64,000 nt of DNA from a virus (taxonomy: Duplodnaviria; Heunggongvirae; Uroviricota; Caudoviricetes), in IMG/VR virus record IMGVR_UViG_3300020577_006051, positions 26,245 through 90,244 of that record, one strand, 5' to 3'. This document shows positions 9,471 to 18,603 of this stretch, piece by piece. Position 1 is the stretch's first letter. The number at the start of each line of letters is the position of its first letter. The notes beneath the pieces are model-generated. The model did not search any database. It was not told the origin of the DNA and saw nothing but the letters and a program-made list of their open reading frames with translations. The position numbers were made by a program, and so were the translations under genes.

Positions 9471-9745
9471 ATATGTTTAAGCCACGCGGATCAACATATG
9501 ACAATCTATGGCCAACCATAATTACTATCCTTGCAGACAAGATGCTCAAAGATGTTGCTGATCTGAATGTGGAAGTTCCCGGTCCAATGGCTGATGCTTA
9601 TCTATTAGCATTAGATAATGACAAAGATGCTTTCTATTTATTGACTTGTCACTATTCTATGATTAGAGCTGCTCATGGACCTGATTGTGAGCAATGGAAA
9701 GAGTTTATTCAGAAGAGGTTGGTATGTTCTTCATATTTGCGTTGA
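9467..9745 (+). CDS. hypothetical protein
   Basis: 92-aa ORF, ATGA-coupled. Confidence 0.45.
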   Translation: MNMFKPRGSTYDNLWPTIITILADKMLKDVADLNVEVPGPMADAYLLALDNDKDAFYLLTCHYSMIRAAHGPDCEQWKEFIQKRLVCSSYLR

Positions 9746-9876
9746 TTGCCTTATGTATTGGATCTAGTTGGAAGTGGGTTGTTGGCTGGATCATCTTAGG
9801 TTTAATTACGAGTAGTAAATAATTAACCCGATATTAACTTTGTGTGAGTTTAAATCCCTATTAATAAGGAGCGAAT

Positions 9877-10167
9877 ATGTTTGATCAATCAACAATTGAC
9901 GAAGCGGCATCTTTATATTCTAAAGGTATTAAAGGTGGATGGAATAAGGTAGCAGAAGAGTTAACTGCTAAAGGTCATAAACCTTGGCATGGTACCTATA
10001 TTCATGGTCAAGCAATCTGCAGTGAAGTTTTAGCAGATCCACGGTATGCTCATCTCAGAAAGAATCGTCGCTTTGGAACTGGTGCACGCGATCTCATTGA
10101 GAAAGCTATACTAAACTCTGGTTATACACAAGCAGACGCTGACGCTATCCTTAAGAATATTCCATAA
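9877..10167 (+). CDS. hypothetical protein
   Basis: 96-aa ORF with AAGGAG SD. Confidence 0.5.
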   Translation: MFDQSTIDEAASLYSKGIKGGWNKVAEELTAKGHKPWHGTYIHGQAICSEVLADPRYAHLRKNRRFGTGARDLIEKAILNSGYTQADADAILKNIP

Positions 10168-10192
10168 GTTGACACAATATCAGCTTGCGTAG

Positions 10193-10208
10193 CTGACACT
10201 GCTACGCC
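10193..10208 (+). promoter_or_regulatory. conserved intergenic box CTGACACTGCTACGCC (copy 4)
   Basis: exact 16-mer between 9877..10167 and the GT2 gene; TTGACA-like hexamer 20 nt upstream. Confidence 0.5.
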
Positions 10209-10262
10209 CATCCGACACTATGTTAAGTACAATAAGATATCGAATATATTAGAGGTATCATT

Positions 10263-11507
10263 GTGATTGCTGTAATCTTAGCTGTATTTCATACATACTA
10301 TTTCTTTAGAGCAATCATGTGGATGTTCCTATGGTTGTCCTCATATGCTATGGGTAAAGTAACAGTTCGTTTGCATACACCAAATAAGCGATACTATCTG
10401 CTTTGTCCAATGTACAAAGAATCACAGATGGTTGAGCAGTTAGTCAACAACCTAAACAAGATTCAATATCCTCGCGATTTGCTACATGTTTGTCTTCTAC
10501 TAGAGCCAGATGATTTAAATACAATTGAAGCTGCTAAACAAATTACAGGTAGATTCGATGATTTAAAAGTCCATGTAATGATAGTTCCAGAATACTACCC
10601 AGGTCCGAAGACTAAACCCCGAGCAATGAATTACGCTCTAGAACAGATCAAAGATAACGATGGGTATGTTGTCGTCTACGATGCCGAAGATGAACCAGAG
10701 ATAGATCAGCTGTTGAAAGCTGTCACATGCTTCGACCGCAATCCTCAGATACATTGCTATCAAGCTGCATTAAACTATAAGAACTTCAAAGAGAACTGGC
10801 TTAGTCGCATGTTTACTATGGAGTATTCGTTCTGGTTCGACAATCTCATATTGGGGTTAGCAACAATCGAAGCTCCTATCCCATTAGGAGGAACATCTAA
10901 TCACTTTCGTATCCAATCGTTGCGTGATGTTGGTGGGTGGGATTCGTTCAATGTTACCGAAGACTGTGAACTTGGTCTACGCATGTACAAGAACAATATG
11001 AAAGTTGGAGTACTTAATTCTACTACCTGGGAAGAAGCATGTTGTCAGCCGTGGAACTGGATCAAGCAGAGAACTAGGTGGAGTATGGGATACATGTACA
11101 CTTGGGCTACTGTTAGTTCACCTAAGAACTGGCGAGGTCTACTAACATGGCACCTATTTGTATTAGGAACTCCGTTGGTTGCCTTGATAAATGTGTTTAT
11201 GCTAAGTGTGTTTGGCTTGTGGGTAACTGGTCACGATGTTAGTACGTTCTTTCCGACATTATTCTATTATAAGTTAGGAATATTATCGTTCGTAGTGGGT
11301 AATGGAACGTGCATCTTGTTGCCTGCTATTGCGTTCTGGGCTCGAGGTCACAAGAAGCGTGCATTACTATGTTTAACGTTACCGATTTATTGGTTATTGC
11401 ATTCAATCGCTGCGTATCGTGCTCTGTATCAGTATATTAAAAATCCCCATAAGTGGGAAAAGACTCAGCACGGTTTATCTAAACGAGATGATAGGGAGAA
11501 ACAATGA
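10263..11507 (+). CDS. membrane processive family-2 glycosyltransferase (PgaC/cellulose-synthase-like)
   Basis: N-terminal TMs, DAEDEPE (DxD), TED, QRTRWSMG (QxxRW) and C-terminal TM bundle. Confidence 0.8.
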   Translation: MIAVILAVFHTYYFFRAIMWMFLWLSSYAMGKVTVRLHTPNKRYYLLCPMYKESQMVEQLVNNLNKIQYPRDLLHVCLLLEPDDLNTIEAAKQITGRFDDLKVHVMIVPEYYPGPKTKPRAMNYALEQIKDNDGYVVVYDAEDEPEIDQLLKAVTCFDRNPQIHCYQAALNYKNFKENWLSRMFTMEYSFWFDNLILGLATIEAPIPLGGTSNHFRIQSLRDVGGWDSFNVTEDCELGLRMYKNNMKVGVLNSTTWEEACCQPWNWIKQRTRWSMGYMYTWATVSSPKNWRGLLTWHLFVLGTPLVALINVFMLSVFGLWVTGHDVSTFFPTLFYYKLGILSFVVGNGTCILLPAIAFWARGHKKRALLCLTLPIYWLLHSIAAYRALYQYIKNPHKWEKTQHGLSKRDDREKQ

Positions 11508-11842
11508 GAAGTTTATTATTGGCTTTGCTATTGCCTATTACAGCTTTTGCTGGTGAAGGTAAAGTTGGATTTGCTCCAATGTATTCTCTATCTCAAGATA
11601 AGCCTATCTATCGATTATGGATTGATACGACGTTAAATGTTCGTGATACGAGCGGAGTTGGTGCTTATGCTCAAACGGAGAGTAATGCTCGAATTGCGCC
11701 AAATTCAGGGTATTTAAAATTGTTCTTCTTCAAAGACTTTCATAGTATTCCTGCTCGTGCTACATTCTTTGCAGAAGATAACTATGGTGAAACTTATATT
11801 GAAAAACGTATTGGTGTATCGTTTGAGGCTAAGCTTTGGTAA
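11504..11842 (+). CDS. secreted protein, possible outer-membrane beta-barrel
   Basis: signal peptide MRSLLLALLLPITAFA; alternating hydrophobic pattern; C-terminal FEAKLW aromatic end; ATGA-coupled to the GT2 gene. Confidence 0.5.
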   Translation: MRSLLLALLLPITAFAGEGKVGFAPMYSLSQDKPIYRLWIDTTLNVRDTSGVGAYAQTESNARIAPNSGYLKLFFFKDFHSIPARATFFAEDNYGETYIEKRIGVSFEAKLW

Positions 11843-11868
11843 TACCCGATCATAAGTAGTAATGTGAG

Positions 11869-12120
11869 GTGAAAATGAAATCTGGTCTATATAAAAAATC
11901 GCAGATGGATCTAGTTGAAAAGAACACCGGCACAAAAGTATGGTCAAAGAGACCTGCTACTTTAACAAGAGAAGTTTATTCTTTTACTGGTTGTGAAATA
12001 TACGGAGTTGGATGTGAGGTCTTAATTGAGACTTGCTATAACGGTAGTTACACGATCTGGCATAAAGATATAACAATCCTCACAAATGCGAGGGAACACC
12101 ATGACTTTAAACTTGTTTGA
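11869..12120 (+). CDS. hypothetical protein
   Basis: 83-aa ORF. Confidence 0.45.
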   Translation: MKMKSGLYKKSQMDLVEKNTGTKVWSKRPATLTREVYSFTGCEIYGVGCEVLIETCYNGSYTIWHKDITILTNAREHHDFKLV

Positions 12121-12397
12121 TTACAATGTGGCTTTATCTATACTCATAATGAGTTGGGCTATCTTTGGTGGTCTAAATGCAATTATCTTTGCAAAGTTAA
12201 ATGATGAAATAACAACAGCAGATTTTGCGTTAGCTTTGCTACTTGGACCAGCTGGTTTACCTGGTGCTATTGGTTTACTTATTTATTACAAACCAGTTAT
12301 GATCTGGAAGAAGAAAACACCAGAACAGATAGAAGCTATCAAAGCTGAAAAAGAGAAGAAGAAATTAGAAAAGAAAAGTAAATCTAAGAAGAAGTGA
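12086..12397 (+). CDS. small 2-TM membrane protein with lysine-rich tail
   Basis: two hydrophobic helices then KKKLEKKSKSKKK. Confidence 0.45.
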   Translation: MRGNTMTLNLFDYNVALSILIMSWAIFGGLNAIIFAKLNDEITTADFALALLLGPAGLPGAIGLLIYYKPVMIWKKKTPEQIEAIKAEKEKKKLEKKSKSKKK

Positions 12398-12679
12398 TTA
12401 AGACTTCTTGGTTCTCTCTTCGAGACCAGGATTCTTGTCTGCAAATTGACTAGAGTTTGGAGTAGGAACTTTAGCTTTCATCTTGTTGTCTGAAGTTTGT
12501 TTCTGACTGCGAGATGGAACTCCATGCAGTTGTCCCTTAGTACCATGATCTACTGGTAATTGACCTTGTACTTTGAGAGAACGATACGAAAGATAGTCGT
12601 CATCGAGTGGACGATCATTCTCAGCGTTCTTCTCTAGTAATGTCCATTGCCCTAATGGGCTAAATACGAGTGTTTCCAT
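12398..12679 (-). CDS. hypothetical protein
   Basis: 93-aa minus-strand ORF exactly filling the gap between two plus-strand genes. Confidence 0.3.
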   Translation of the reverse strand: METLVFSPLGQWTLLEKNAENDRPLDDDYLSYRSLKVQGQLPVDHGTKGQLHGVPSRSQKQTSDNKMKAKVPTPNSSQFADKNPGLEERTKKS

Positions 12680-12987
12680 GTAGTTATTATAACACGAGGT
12701 TGAATATGGATGTTATGCTTGGTTTTGACTTTATTATCATGACTATTAAAAACGAACACAGAAGTCTAACTGAAATGTTAGCAATATTAGATGGTAAACG
12801 AATTGATGAACCTGATTTTGAATTAAATTTGCTGGAAAAATATCCAAAAGACTTTGAATTCATTACCTCAAAAGCTCAACATGGCAGATTCTTTTCAGAA
12901 CAACCTCAGCTCGATTTACGTGGATGGTCTTTTCAACTGACTGTTAAGAAAGAGTATACCGAGATCAAGATATCTGGAATTAAATAA
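12670..12987 (+). CDS. hypothetical protein
   Basis: 105-aa ORF (likely start MDVMLGF near 12706). Confidence 0.45.
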   Translation: MFPCSYYNTRLNMDVMLGFDFIIMTIKNEHRSLTEMLAILDGKRIDEPDFELNLLEKYPKDFEFITSKAQHGRFFSEQPQLDLRGWSFQLTVKKEYTEIKISGIK

Positions 12988-13004
12988 TCTTAAGGATTGT
13001 TAGT

Positions 13005-13586
13005 ATGAAGAAGTTAATCTTGTCAGCACTATTAATTAGTTTAATGGCTTGTGGCCAAAATGGCAAAGATGGTCTTCCAGGAACAGATGGTCAGAATGGT
13101 TCTGATGGTGCAAACGGAACTAATGGTACGAACGGTAAAAATGGAAAAGATGGCTCCAATGGAGCTAACGGAATAGATGGCAAAGATGGCAAAGATGGAT
13201 TAAATGGACAAGATGGTGTGTCGCCTACGTTACAAGTTGTAGTGACACAATCTATTACATGTTCTAATGGCGGTACTCAAGTTGTTCTACTAACTAATGG
13301 TGTACCGCAAGCATTTGAAATATGTAATGGTGAAGTTGGACAAACAGGCCCACAAGGTGCAAGTGGTGTTCCATTAGACATAGAGATCATTGACCCGTGC
13401 GGTGATGCAGCAGGAATATACGACGAAGTTCTCCTACGTTTACCTGATAAAACCCTCATCGCTTCTTTTAGTGCAAATGCAAATGGACAAAACACAAGAC
13501 TATCGGTTCTTACGCAAGGTAATTACATAACGACAGATGGATCTAACTGTAGATTTTCTGTAGATGCAAATGGAAATATAAATTGA
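13005..13586 (+). CDS. collagen-like repeat lipoprotein
   Basis: lipobox LISLMAC; about 17 Gly-X-Y triplets (GKDGLPGTDGQNGSDGANG...); globular C-domain. Confidence 0.8.
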   Translation: MKKLILSALLISLMACGQNGKDGLPGTDGQNGSDGANGTNGTNGKNGKDGSNGANGIDGKDGKDGLNGQDGVSPTLQVVVTQSITCSNGGTQVVLLTNGVPQAFEICNGEVGQTGPQGASGVPLDIEIIDPCGDAAGIYDEVLLRLPDKTLIASFSANANGQNTRLSVLTQGNYITTDGSNCRFSVDANGNIN

Positions 13587-13598
13587 GTCGGAGGTAGT

Positions 13599-14105
13599 AT
13601 GCTACTAATTGGACTTTTAGTTACTTATCAGATAAAGCACTTTATTTGCGACTACCCTCTGCAAAATGAATACATGTTGGGGAAGTTTAAACCAAAAAGT
13701 TGGGTAACACCACTCTTAGCTCACGTAAGTGTTCATGGTGTTGCAACCTTTATTATTGCTAGTTTATTTACAACTCCACTGATTGGGTTAGGTTTAGCGC
13801 TGTTTGACATGATAATTCACTTTATCATGGATCGAATAAAAGCAAGCCCTAAACTCTTAGGGAGATATAAGTCTCTATCTCCTGGTCAATATAATATGGC
13901 AAAGAATATGTCTCACGGATTAGGTGCAATTGACGGTAAACCTTTACCACACGAATTAGAACCTGAAACATTAGAAGCTTATAAAAACGCCGGCATTAAA
14001 GATTTGCGCGGTAATAAATTGTTTTGGTGGTGTCTTGGTCTAGATCAGATGGTTCATCATTTAACTCACTATGTAATCATTATCGTTATCTTGGCTCTAC
14101 AATGA
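13599..14105 (+). CDS. polytopic membrane protein (DUF3307-like HxxxDxxxQ)
   Basis: HFICDYPLQ motif plus several TM helices. Confidence 0.5.
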   Translation: MLLIGLLVTYQIKHFICDYPLQNEYMLGKFKPKSWVTPLLAHVSVHGVATFIIASLFTTPLIGLGLALFDMIIHFIMDRIKASPKLLGRYKSLSPGQYNMAKNMSHGLGAIDGKPLPHELEPETLEAYKNAGIKDLRGNKLFWWCLGLDQMVHHLTHYVIIIVILALQ

Positions 14106-14247
14106 GAACAGTGACGTGGCCTGAACTATATAAATGGATACGTTTTACTAAAAAATATGGTTCTATTGGTAATGGAGAGCCCATTAAAACTAAATGTCAA
14201 CTAAAGATGTTGTTTGTGTTAATAAGTTTAAATGTAATAAAGGATGA

Positions 14248-14445
14248 ATGATGAAAACTTTTCACGCTGTTTTTCTTATTTTGTTTGTGGTATTGTTGCC
14301 ATTAAATGTTGGATCAGCTGTTATTCACTATCGAACCGATAACAATACTGGTTTACTAGTCAGTATACTGGCAATTGGTTTGTGCGCATTCAACATTCAC
14401 CGTTCTTTCATGTTCCTCACGAAATCCACCGATTCGAATAAGTGA
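14248..14445 (+). CDS. small membrane protein
   Basis: 65 aa, two hydrophobic helices. Confidence 0.4.
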   Translation: MMKTFHAVFLILFVVLLPLNVGSAVIHYRTDNNTGLLVSILAIGLCAFNIHRSFMFLTKSTDSNK

Positions 14446-14460
14446 TAGGAGGAATATGAT

Positions 14461-14703
14461 ATGTCTAATGTACCGCGATTCTTTATGCAAGATGAAGAAG
14501 GTTCTTTGTATGGTTACTGGCGCACCGACATGTTGAAGTGCGATGTTGCATCATACTTTCGTCAGAACGGTAAATATCCTAAGTTAACTATCTTGCAGTC
14601 AGGCATTAGAACCATCTATGCTCCTTTAAGCATTGCTCAGTTAGAACAACTATCAGACGATTCTAAGCCTGTTTACGAGCGCGCTGAAGGTCGTGAGTTA
14701 TAA
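14461..14703 (+). CDS. hypothetical protein
   Basis: 80-aa ORF with GGAGG SD. Confidence 0.5.
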   Translation: MSNVPRFFMQDEEGSLYGYWRTDMLKCDVASYFRQNGKYPKLTILQSGIRTIYAPLSIAQLEQLSDDSKPVYERAEGREL

Positions 14704-14712
14704 GAGGTTCTT

Positions 14713-14994
14713 ATGAAGTGGTTAATTAAGTTAAAGAATTGGTTTAGTTCTAATAGAGATCTTTCTCTATGTAAGAACATTGTTTGGTTCTTCAATCATA
14801 AAGTAGATGCAGCAGCTAGTAAAGAATTGATGGATGAACTTGCTAAGTACGGAACATCTAGTTTTAACTATGATCTAGTTCGTAAGCTGTTTGCACGAGA
14901 TATTGTTAATCTAAATAAGATGCAACCATTTAGAGAAACACAACTACGATTCCTAGTTCGTCAAGCTGATTCTTTTTATAAGAAACAAATGTAA
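14713..14994 (+). CDS. hypothetical protein
   Basis: 93-aa ORF. Confidence 0.45.
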   Translation: MKWLIKLKNWFSSNRDLSLCKNIVWFFNHKVDAAASKELMDELAKYGTSSFNYDLVRKLFARDIVNLNKMQPFRETQLRFLVRQADSFYKKQM

Positions 14995-15100
14995 ATGTCA
15001 ACCTTAGATAAGATAATTATCGCATTGCAGATATGGTTTTATTATATCCCGATGTTAATTTTGTTTGGTTTTGTAATTTACTTTGCGTTGAGGTGTAGAG

Positions 15101-15574
15101 ATGCAGGACATCAGCAAGAAGAAACTAAGCATACTGATGGATCTGATAAGAACAAAACTATCAGACATAACTGAACTACATTTCGAATATAAGTCTCTAA
15201 AAGAACTTTTGCTCTTCTTTGAAGCTGAATATGATAAGAATCCAGCACCAAAGACACCAAAGAAGTCAACTATTGAGAAAGCTAGATGGTTAAAATTTAG
15301 AGATCAGTATCTGGCTCAGTTTACAGTATTGAGTTGTCATTATTGTAATGTGTCTCTAAAGTCTGATGCGCCAAGGATGCCATGTAAGACTAAAGATCAT
15401 ATCTTTAAGCGCAACAAATCTATTCCTAAGAATGAGCAGGCTACTATCGATCATGTGGTTCCACTCAGTAAAGGTGGAGCAGAATTTGATCCAGCTAACT
15501 TTGTAGTGGCTTGTCACAAATGCAATGGCAACAAAGCAGACAAAAGTTTAGAAGAATTTAAAGGTGACAAATGA
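15101..15574 (+). CDS. HNH endonuclease
   Basis: CHYC ... DHVVPLSKGGAEFDPANFVVACHKCNGNKAD HNH/Zn motif. Confidence 0.8.
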   Translation: MQDISKKKLSILMDLIRTKLSDITELHFEYKSLKELLLFFEAEYDKNPAPKTPKKSTIEKARWLKFRDQYLAQFTVLSCHYCNVSLKSDAPRMPCKTKDHIFKRNKSIPKNEQATIDHVVPLSKGGAEFDPANFVVACHKCNGNKADKSLEEFKGDK

Positions 15575-15646
15575 TTATTGGTGTCGATTTGTTGGTGATA
15601 ATTAGTTTAGGTTTATTGTGGAATGTTTTAACATAAAGGAGAAAAT

Positions 15647-16003
15647 ATGCAACAAGAAGTTATTGATTTGTGTGTAAACTTAAAAAGTAAAGGGTTAACG
15701 TGGCCTCAAATTGCTGCCTACATTGAAACAGAAACCCAGTATAGGGCTCCTACTGGAAAACCTTACCATAATGCTGTATTGGCCGCAACAACGTTAAATA
15801 GTCCAAGCGGAGCCTCTTTGCGTCAGCGTTCTTTTAAAAAGAAAAGCACAACTAAGGTGCAACCTGTATCTAATGGTAAAAAAGTTAAATCTAAACAAGG
15901 AAGACCTTCTAAAGTGTCTCAAGTAAAAGATATTATTGATATCTTAACAAAAGCTGGGGTAAGTTCAAAAACATTAGCAAAAGTGTTGAAGGAAATAGTA
16001 TGA
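15647..16003 (+). CDS. hypothetical protein
   Basis: 118-aa ORF; basic middle region. Confidence 0.5.
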   Translation: MQQEVIDLCVNLKSKGLTWPQIAAYIETETQYRAPTGKPYHNAVLAATTLNSPSGASLRQRSFKKKSTTKVQPVSNGKKVKSKQGRPSKVSQVKDIIDILTKAGVSSKTLAKVLKEIV

Positions 16004-16105
16004 AATTAACTATTATGGATGGCTTTAAGTTTGGTGTTGGGTTGTGTTTAGCTTACACCGTTTATAGTGCTATCGGTTATATCCTGTTAGGACTATTGGG
16101 TTTGT

Positions 16106-16705
16106 TTGCACGTGTCGGCGGTGGTATTTAATCCGAGACTAGTTAATCACGAACCAATGTTGGTTCATTTTTATGGGAGGTCGTTTATGACCAAAGTTAC
16201 ACAACGTGAAGCAGTTTTCACGGCAGTGAAGTCGGTTCTTACGCAAGCAGGAGTTAAGTTTGAAGAAGGTCAGAATGTTTCTGAGCTTATGACAGCTGAG
16301 CTTCGTGCACAAGTTAATGCTATCCTCGTTGAAGGCTTCAAAGCAAGCACGATCGAGTTGAAAGATACAGCAACTAATCGTGCTAAGTTAGAAGATGAAA
16401 CAGAATTAAAGAAGTATGTGTCCGGTCTTCAAAGCAACTGGTTGAACAAAGACAGTCGCTTGAATGGTGCAACTAAGTATGTTCCAAAGAATCCAGGCTC
16501 GCGTACAGGTTCGCAAGACCCACAGATCGCAGCTCTTCGTGGTCTCATGAAAACTAAAACAGAAGCAGATGAGATCGCTGAAATTCAAGGTTACATCGAC
16601 GAGCGTTTGGCTCAACTTGCTACTGCAAAAGTAAAAACAAAGCAAGTGAAAGTAAACTTCAGCGATTTACCTAAAGAGCTTCAAGCTAAGTACTCGAACC
16701 AGTAA
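16106..16705 (+). CDS. conserved phage protein, family A (paralog of 2602..3177)
   Basis: collinear with the 2602 gene; ends KVNFSDLPKELQAKYSNQ; likely start MTKVTQ at 16187. Confidence 0.7.
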   Translation: MHVSAVVFNPRLVNHEPMLVHFYGRSFMTKVTQREAVFTAVKSVLTQAGVKFEEGQNVSELMTAELRAQVNAILVEGFKASTIELKDTATNRAKLEDETELKKYVSGLQSNWLNKDSRLNGATKYVPKNPGSRTGSQDPQIAALRGLMKTKTEADEIAEIQGYIDERLAQLATAKVKTKQVKVNFSDLPKELQAKYSNQ

Positions 16706-16814
16706 GATCCATAAACTCCCGCCTTCCCGCCTAGTCAGTTGGTCCATTAAGTCTACGAACCCGCAATGGGTATAATTCCCACCGACCAACTGACATTCCT
16801 CTTCGTAGGAAATA

Positions 16815-17384
16815 ATGTATACTTATCCAAAATCCGGTATTTATAAAATTCTTAATAAGAAAAACAATAAAATTTATATTGGTTCTTCTGTTGATATTTA
16901 TGCAAGATGGGTCACACATAAACATCTTTTAAATAAAAACAAACATAGTTCTACACATCTGCAGAATGCATGGAATCTATATGGTGAACAAGAATTTGAA
17001 TTCACTATTGTGGAAGAAGTTGAAGTTGAAAATTTAATATTTCGTGAACAGTATTGGTTAGACTTATTAAAGACTTACACTCAAGAATGTGGGTATAATA
17101 TTTTAGAAAAAGCTGGTACAACTTTAGGTTTTAAACACACAGATGAAGCCAAAAGAAAAATAAGTGAACAATCTAAAGGTAAGTTAAAACCTAGAAATAA
17201 ACCAAAGAAACAAAAAGTAATAAAAGTTCGTGGAGCTAAATTAATTGGTAGAAAATATTCTGAAGAGCATAAAAGAAAAATAAGTCAAGCTAATAAGAAT
17301 AGAATTCTATCTGAAGAACATAAAGCAAAACTTAGAAAACCTAAAAATAAGGTCAAAAATGAAACAGATCATAGTAATTCGTAA
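16815..17384 (+). CDS. GIY-YIG homing endonuclease
   Basis: GIYKILNKKNNKIYIGSS ... R ... E ... N motifs; K-rich DNA-binding tail; AT-rich. Confidence 0.85.
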   Translation: MYTYPKSGIYKILNKKNNKIYIGSSVDIYARWVTHKHLLNKNKHSSTHLQNAWNLYGEQEFEFTIVEEVEVENLIFREQYWLDLLKTYTQECGYNILEKAGTTLGFKHTDEAKRKISEQSKGKLKPRNKPKKQKVIKVRGAKLIGRKYSEEHKRKISQANKNRILSEEHKAKLRKPKNKVKNETDHSNS

Positions 17385-17715
17385 GGATTTGCATATGAGA
17401 CGCGGAAAAGAAATCGCACAGGGTGCTCATGCATCCAATGCGGTTTTAATTGATTCTGTTAAGGCAGGAAAGATGGATTCTGACATCAAAGAATGGATAA
17501 TGAACGGATCAAAGAAGGTTTGTGTCCAGGTCTCATCAGAAGCAGAACTCCTCAAGGTGTATCAAGATGCATGTAAGGCAGGGCTATCAGCACACATCAT
17601 CAGGGATGCCGGTCATACTGAGTTTAATGGTGTACCTACGCTTACTGCATGTGCCATCGGTCCCAACGAAGACAGCGATATCGATGCGGTCACCGGCAGC
17701 TTGCAACTCTACTGA
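17359..17715 (+). CDS. peptidyl-tRNA hydrolase, PTH2 family
   Basis: MKQIIVIRKDLHMRRGKEIAQGAHAS and DAGHTEF...IGP...VTGSLQLY match the PTH2 signature end to end. Confidence 0.9.
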   Translation: MKQIIVIRKDLHMRRGKEIAQGAHASNAVLIDSVKAGKMDSDIKEWIMNGSKKVCVQVSSEAELLKVYQDACKAGLSAHIIRDAGHTEFNGVPTLTACAIGPNEDSDIDAVTGSLQLY

Positions 17716-17727
17716 CACTGCTACGCC
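17712..17727 (+). promoter_or_regulatory. conserved intergenic box CTGACACTGCTACGCC (copy 5)
   Basis: exact 16-mer; its TGA is the stop codon of the PTH2 gene. Confidence 0.5.
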
Positions 17728-17760
17728 CGACCGATCATAGGTCTGGCTAACGGAGAACAC

Positions 17761-18024
17761 ATGAGCGAATTAGAATATAAGAGAATCGCCGCAAATACTA
17801 AACTTATAAGAATCATCACACTCATTGCCGAGAAGAATCCTGCTCTGCGATTCTCTCAGATCGTAATGAACTTTGGGTTTGTAACAGTTAATCAAGGTGA
17901 TGACTATGATCCAAGGACCGTAGAGTACGATCCATGGGTGGAACCTCACGTCGTCTTAAAGCGAGTCATTAAATACCTTAAAGAGATTAGTTGGGATGAT
18001 ATCGTAAACGAGGTTAGCGAATGA
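17761..18024 (+). CDS. hypothetical protein
   Basis: 87-aa ORF. Confidence 0.5.
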   Translation: MSELEYKRIAANTKLIRIITLIAEKNPALRFSQIVMNFGFVTVNQGDDYDPRTVEYDPWVEPHVVLKRVIKYLKEISWDDIVNEVSE

Positions 18025-18515
18025 ATATCTTTGTGACATCCATGGATCCAATAGAGTCTGCCAAGAATCTAGACGATCAGCGTGTCGTCAAGATGATCGT
18101 TGAATCAGCTCAGATGTTGAGCACCAGTATGAATGTTCGTGGTCTCAATGGTCCTTATAAAACAACACACAAGAATCATCCGTGTACGGCAGCAGTGACT
18201 TATAACTATGAGAATTATAAGTGGTTACTGTCTCACTTTACTGCACTATTAGAAGAATACACATATCGCTACGGCAAGGTGCACAAATGTGCTGATTATC
18301 TGCCGATATTTCGAGCGCATGAACCACTAGACATTAATCCTCATATGTTACCTTACAAACTGTCGCTCCCAAATTGCTCCCTATTCAAAGATGAATCCGA
18401 TCTTATAACAGCATATCAAAAGACGATGATTGAAAAATGGAACACACAGAAGCGAAAACCAAGATGGACAAAACGAAATGGACCGACTACGTTCGAGCAC
18501 GTTCCACAAGAATAG
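18021..18515 (+). CDS. hypothetical protein; weak resemblance to pyrimidine-dimer DNA glycosylase (EndoV/Pyr_excise) N-terminus
   Basis: MNIFVTS...LDDQRVVKMIVESAQML resembles M-RINL..L.DQHL.AEYREL; weak. Confidence 0.3.
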   Translation: MNIFVTSMDPIESAKNLDDQRVVKMIVESAQMLSTSMNVRGLNGPYKTTHKNHPCTAAVTYNYENYKWLLSHFTALLEEYTYRYGKVHKCADYLPIFRAHEPLDINPHMLPYKLSLPNCSLFKDESDLITAYQKTMIEKWNTQKRKPRWTKRNGPTTFEHVPQE

Positions 18516-18603
18516 ATTTATTGAAAGTATTAGTACGACTGAATTCAGAGTTTTTTAAATTTCAAGATAAAGACATAGTTAAACTAACGCCTTCACTAAT
18601 AAA

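Noticed and set aside
13060-13220. Nucleotide-level periodic repeat that could be mistaken for a tandem repeat or CRISPR-like array
   Set aside because: 9-bp periodicity comes from Gly-X-Y codons inside an intact ORF; no spacer/repeat architecture.
14024-14251. ORF 14024..14251 overlapping the 3' end of the membrane-protein gene
   Set aside because: Extensive out-of-frame overlap with 13599..14105 and no SD.
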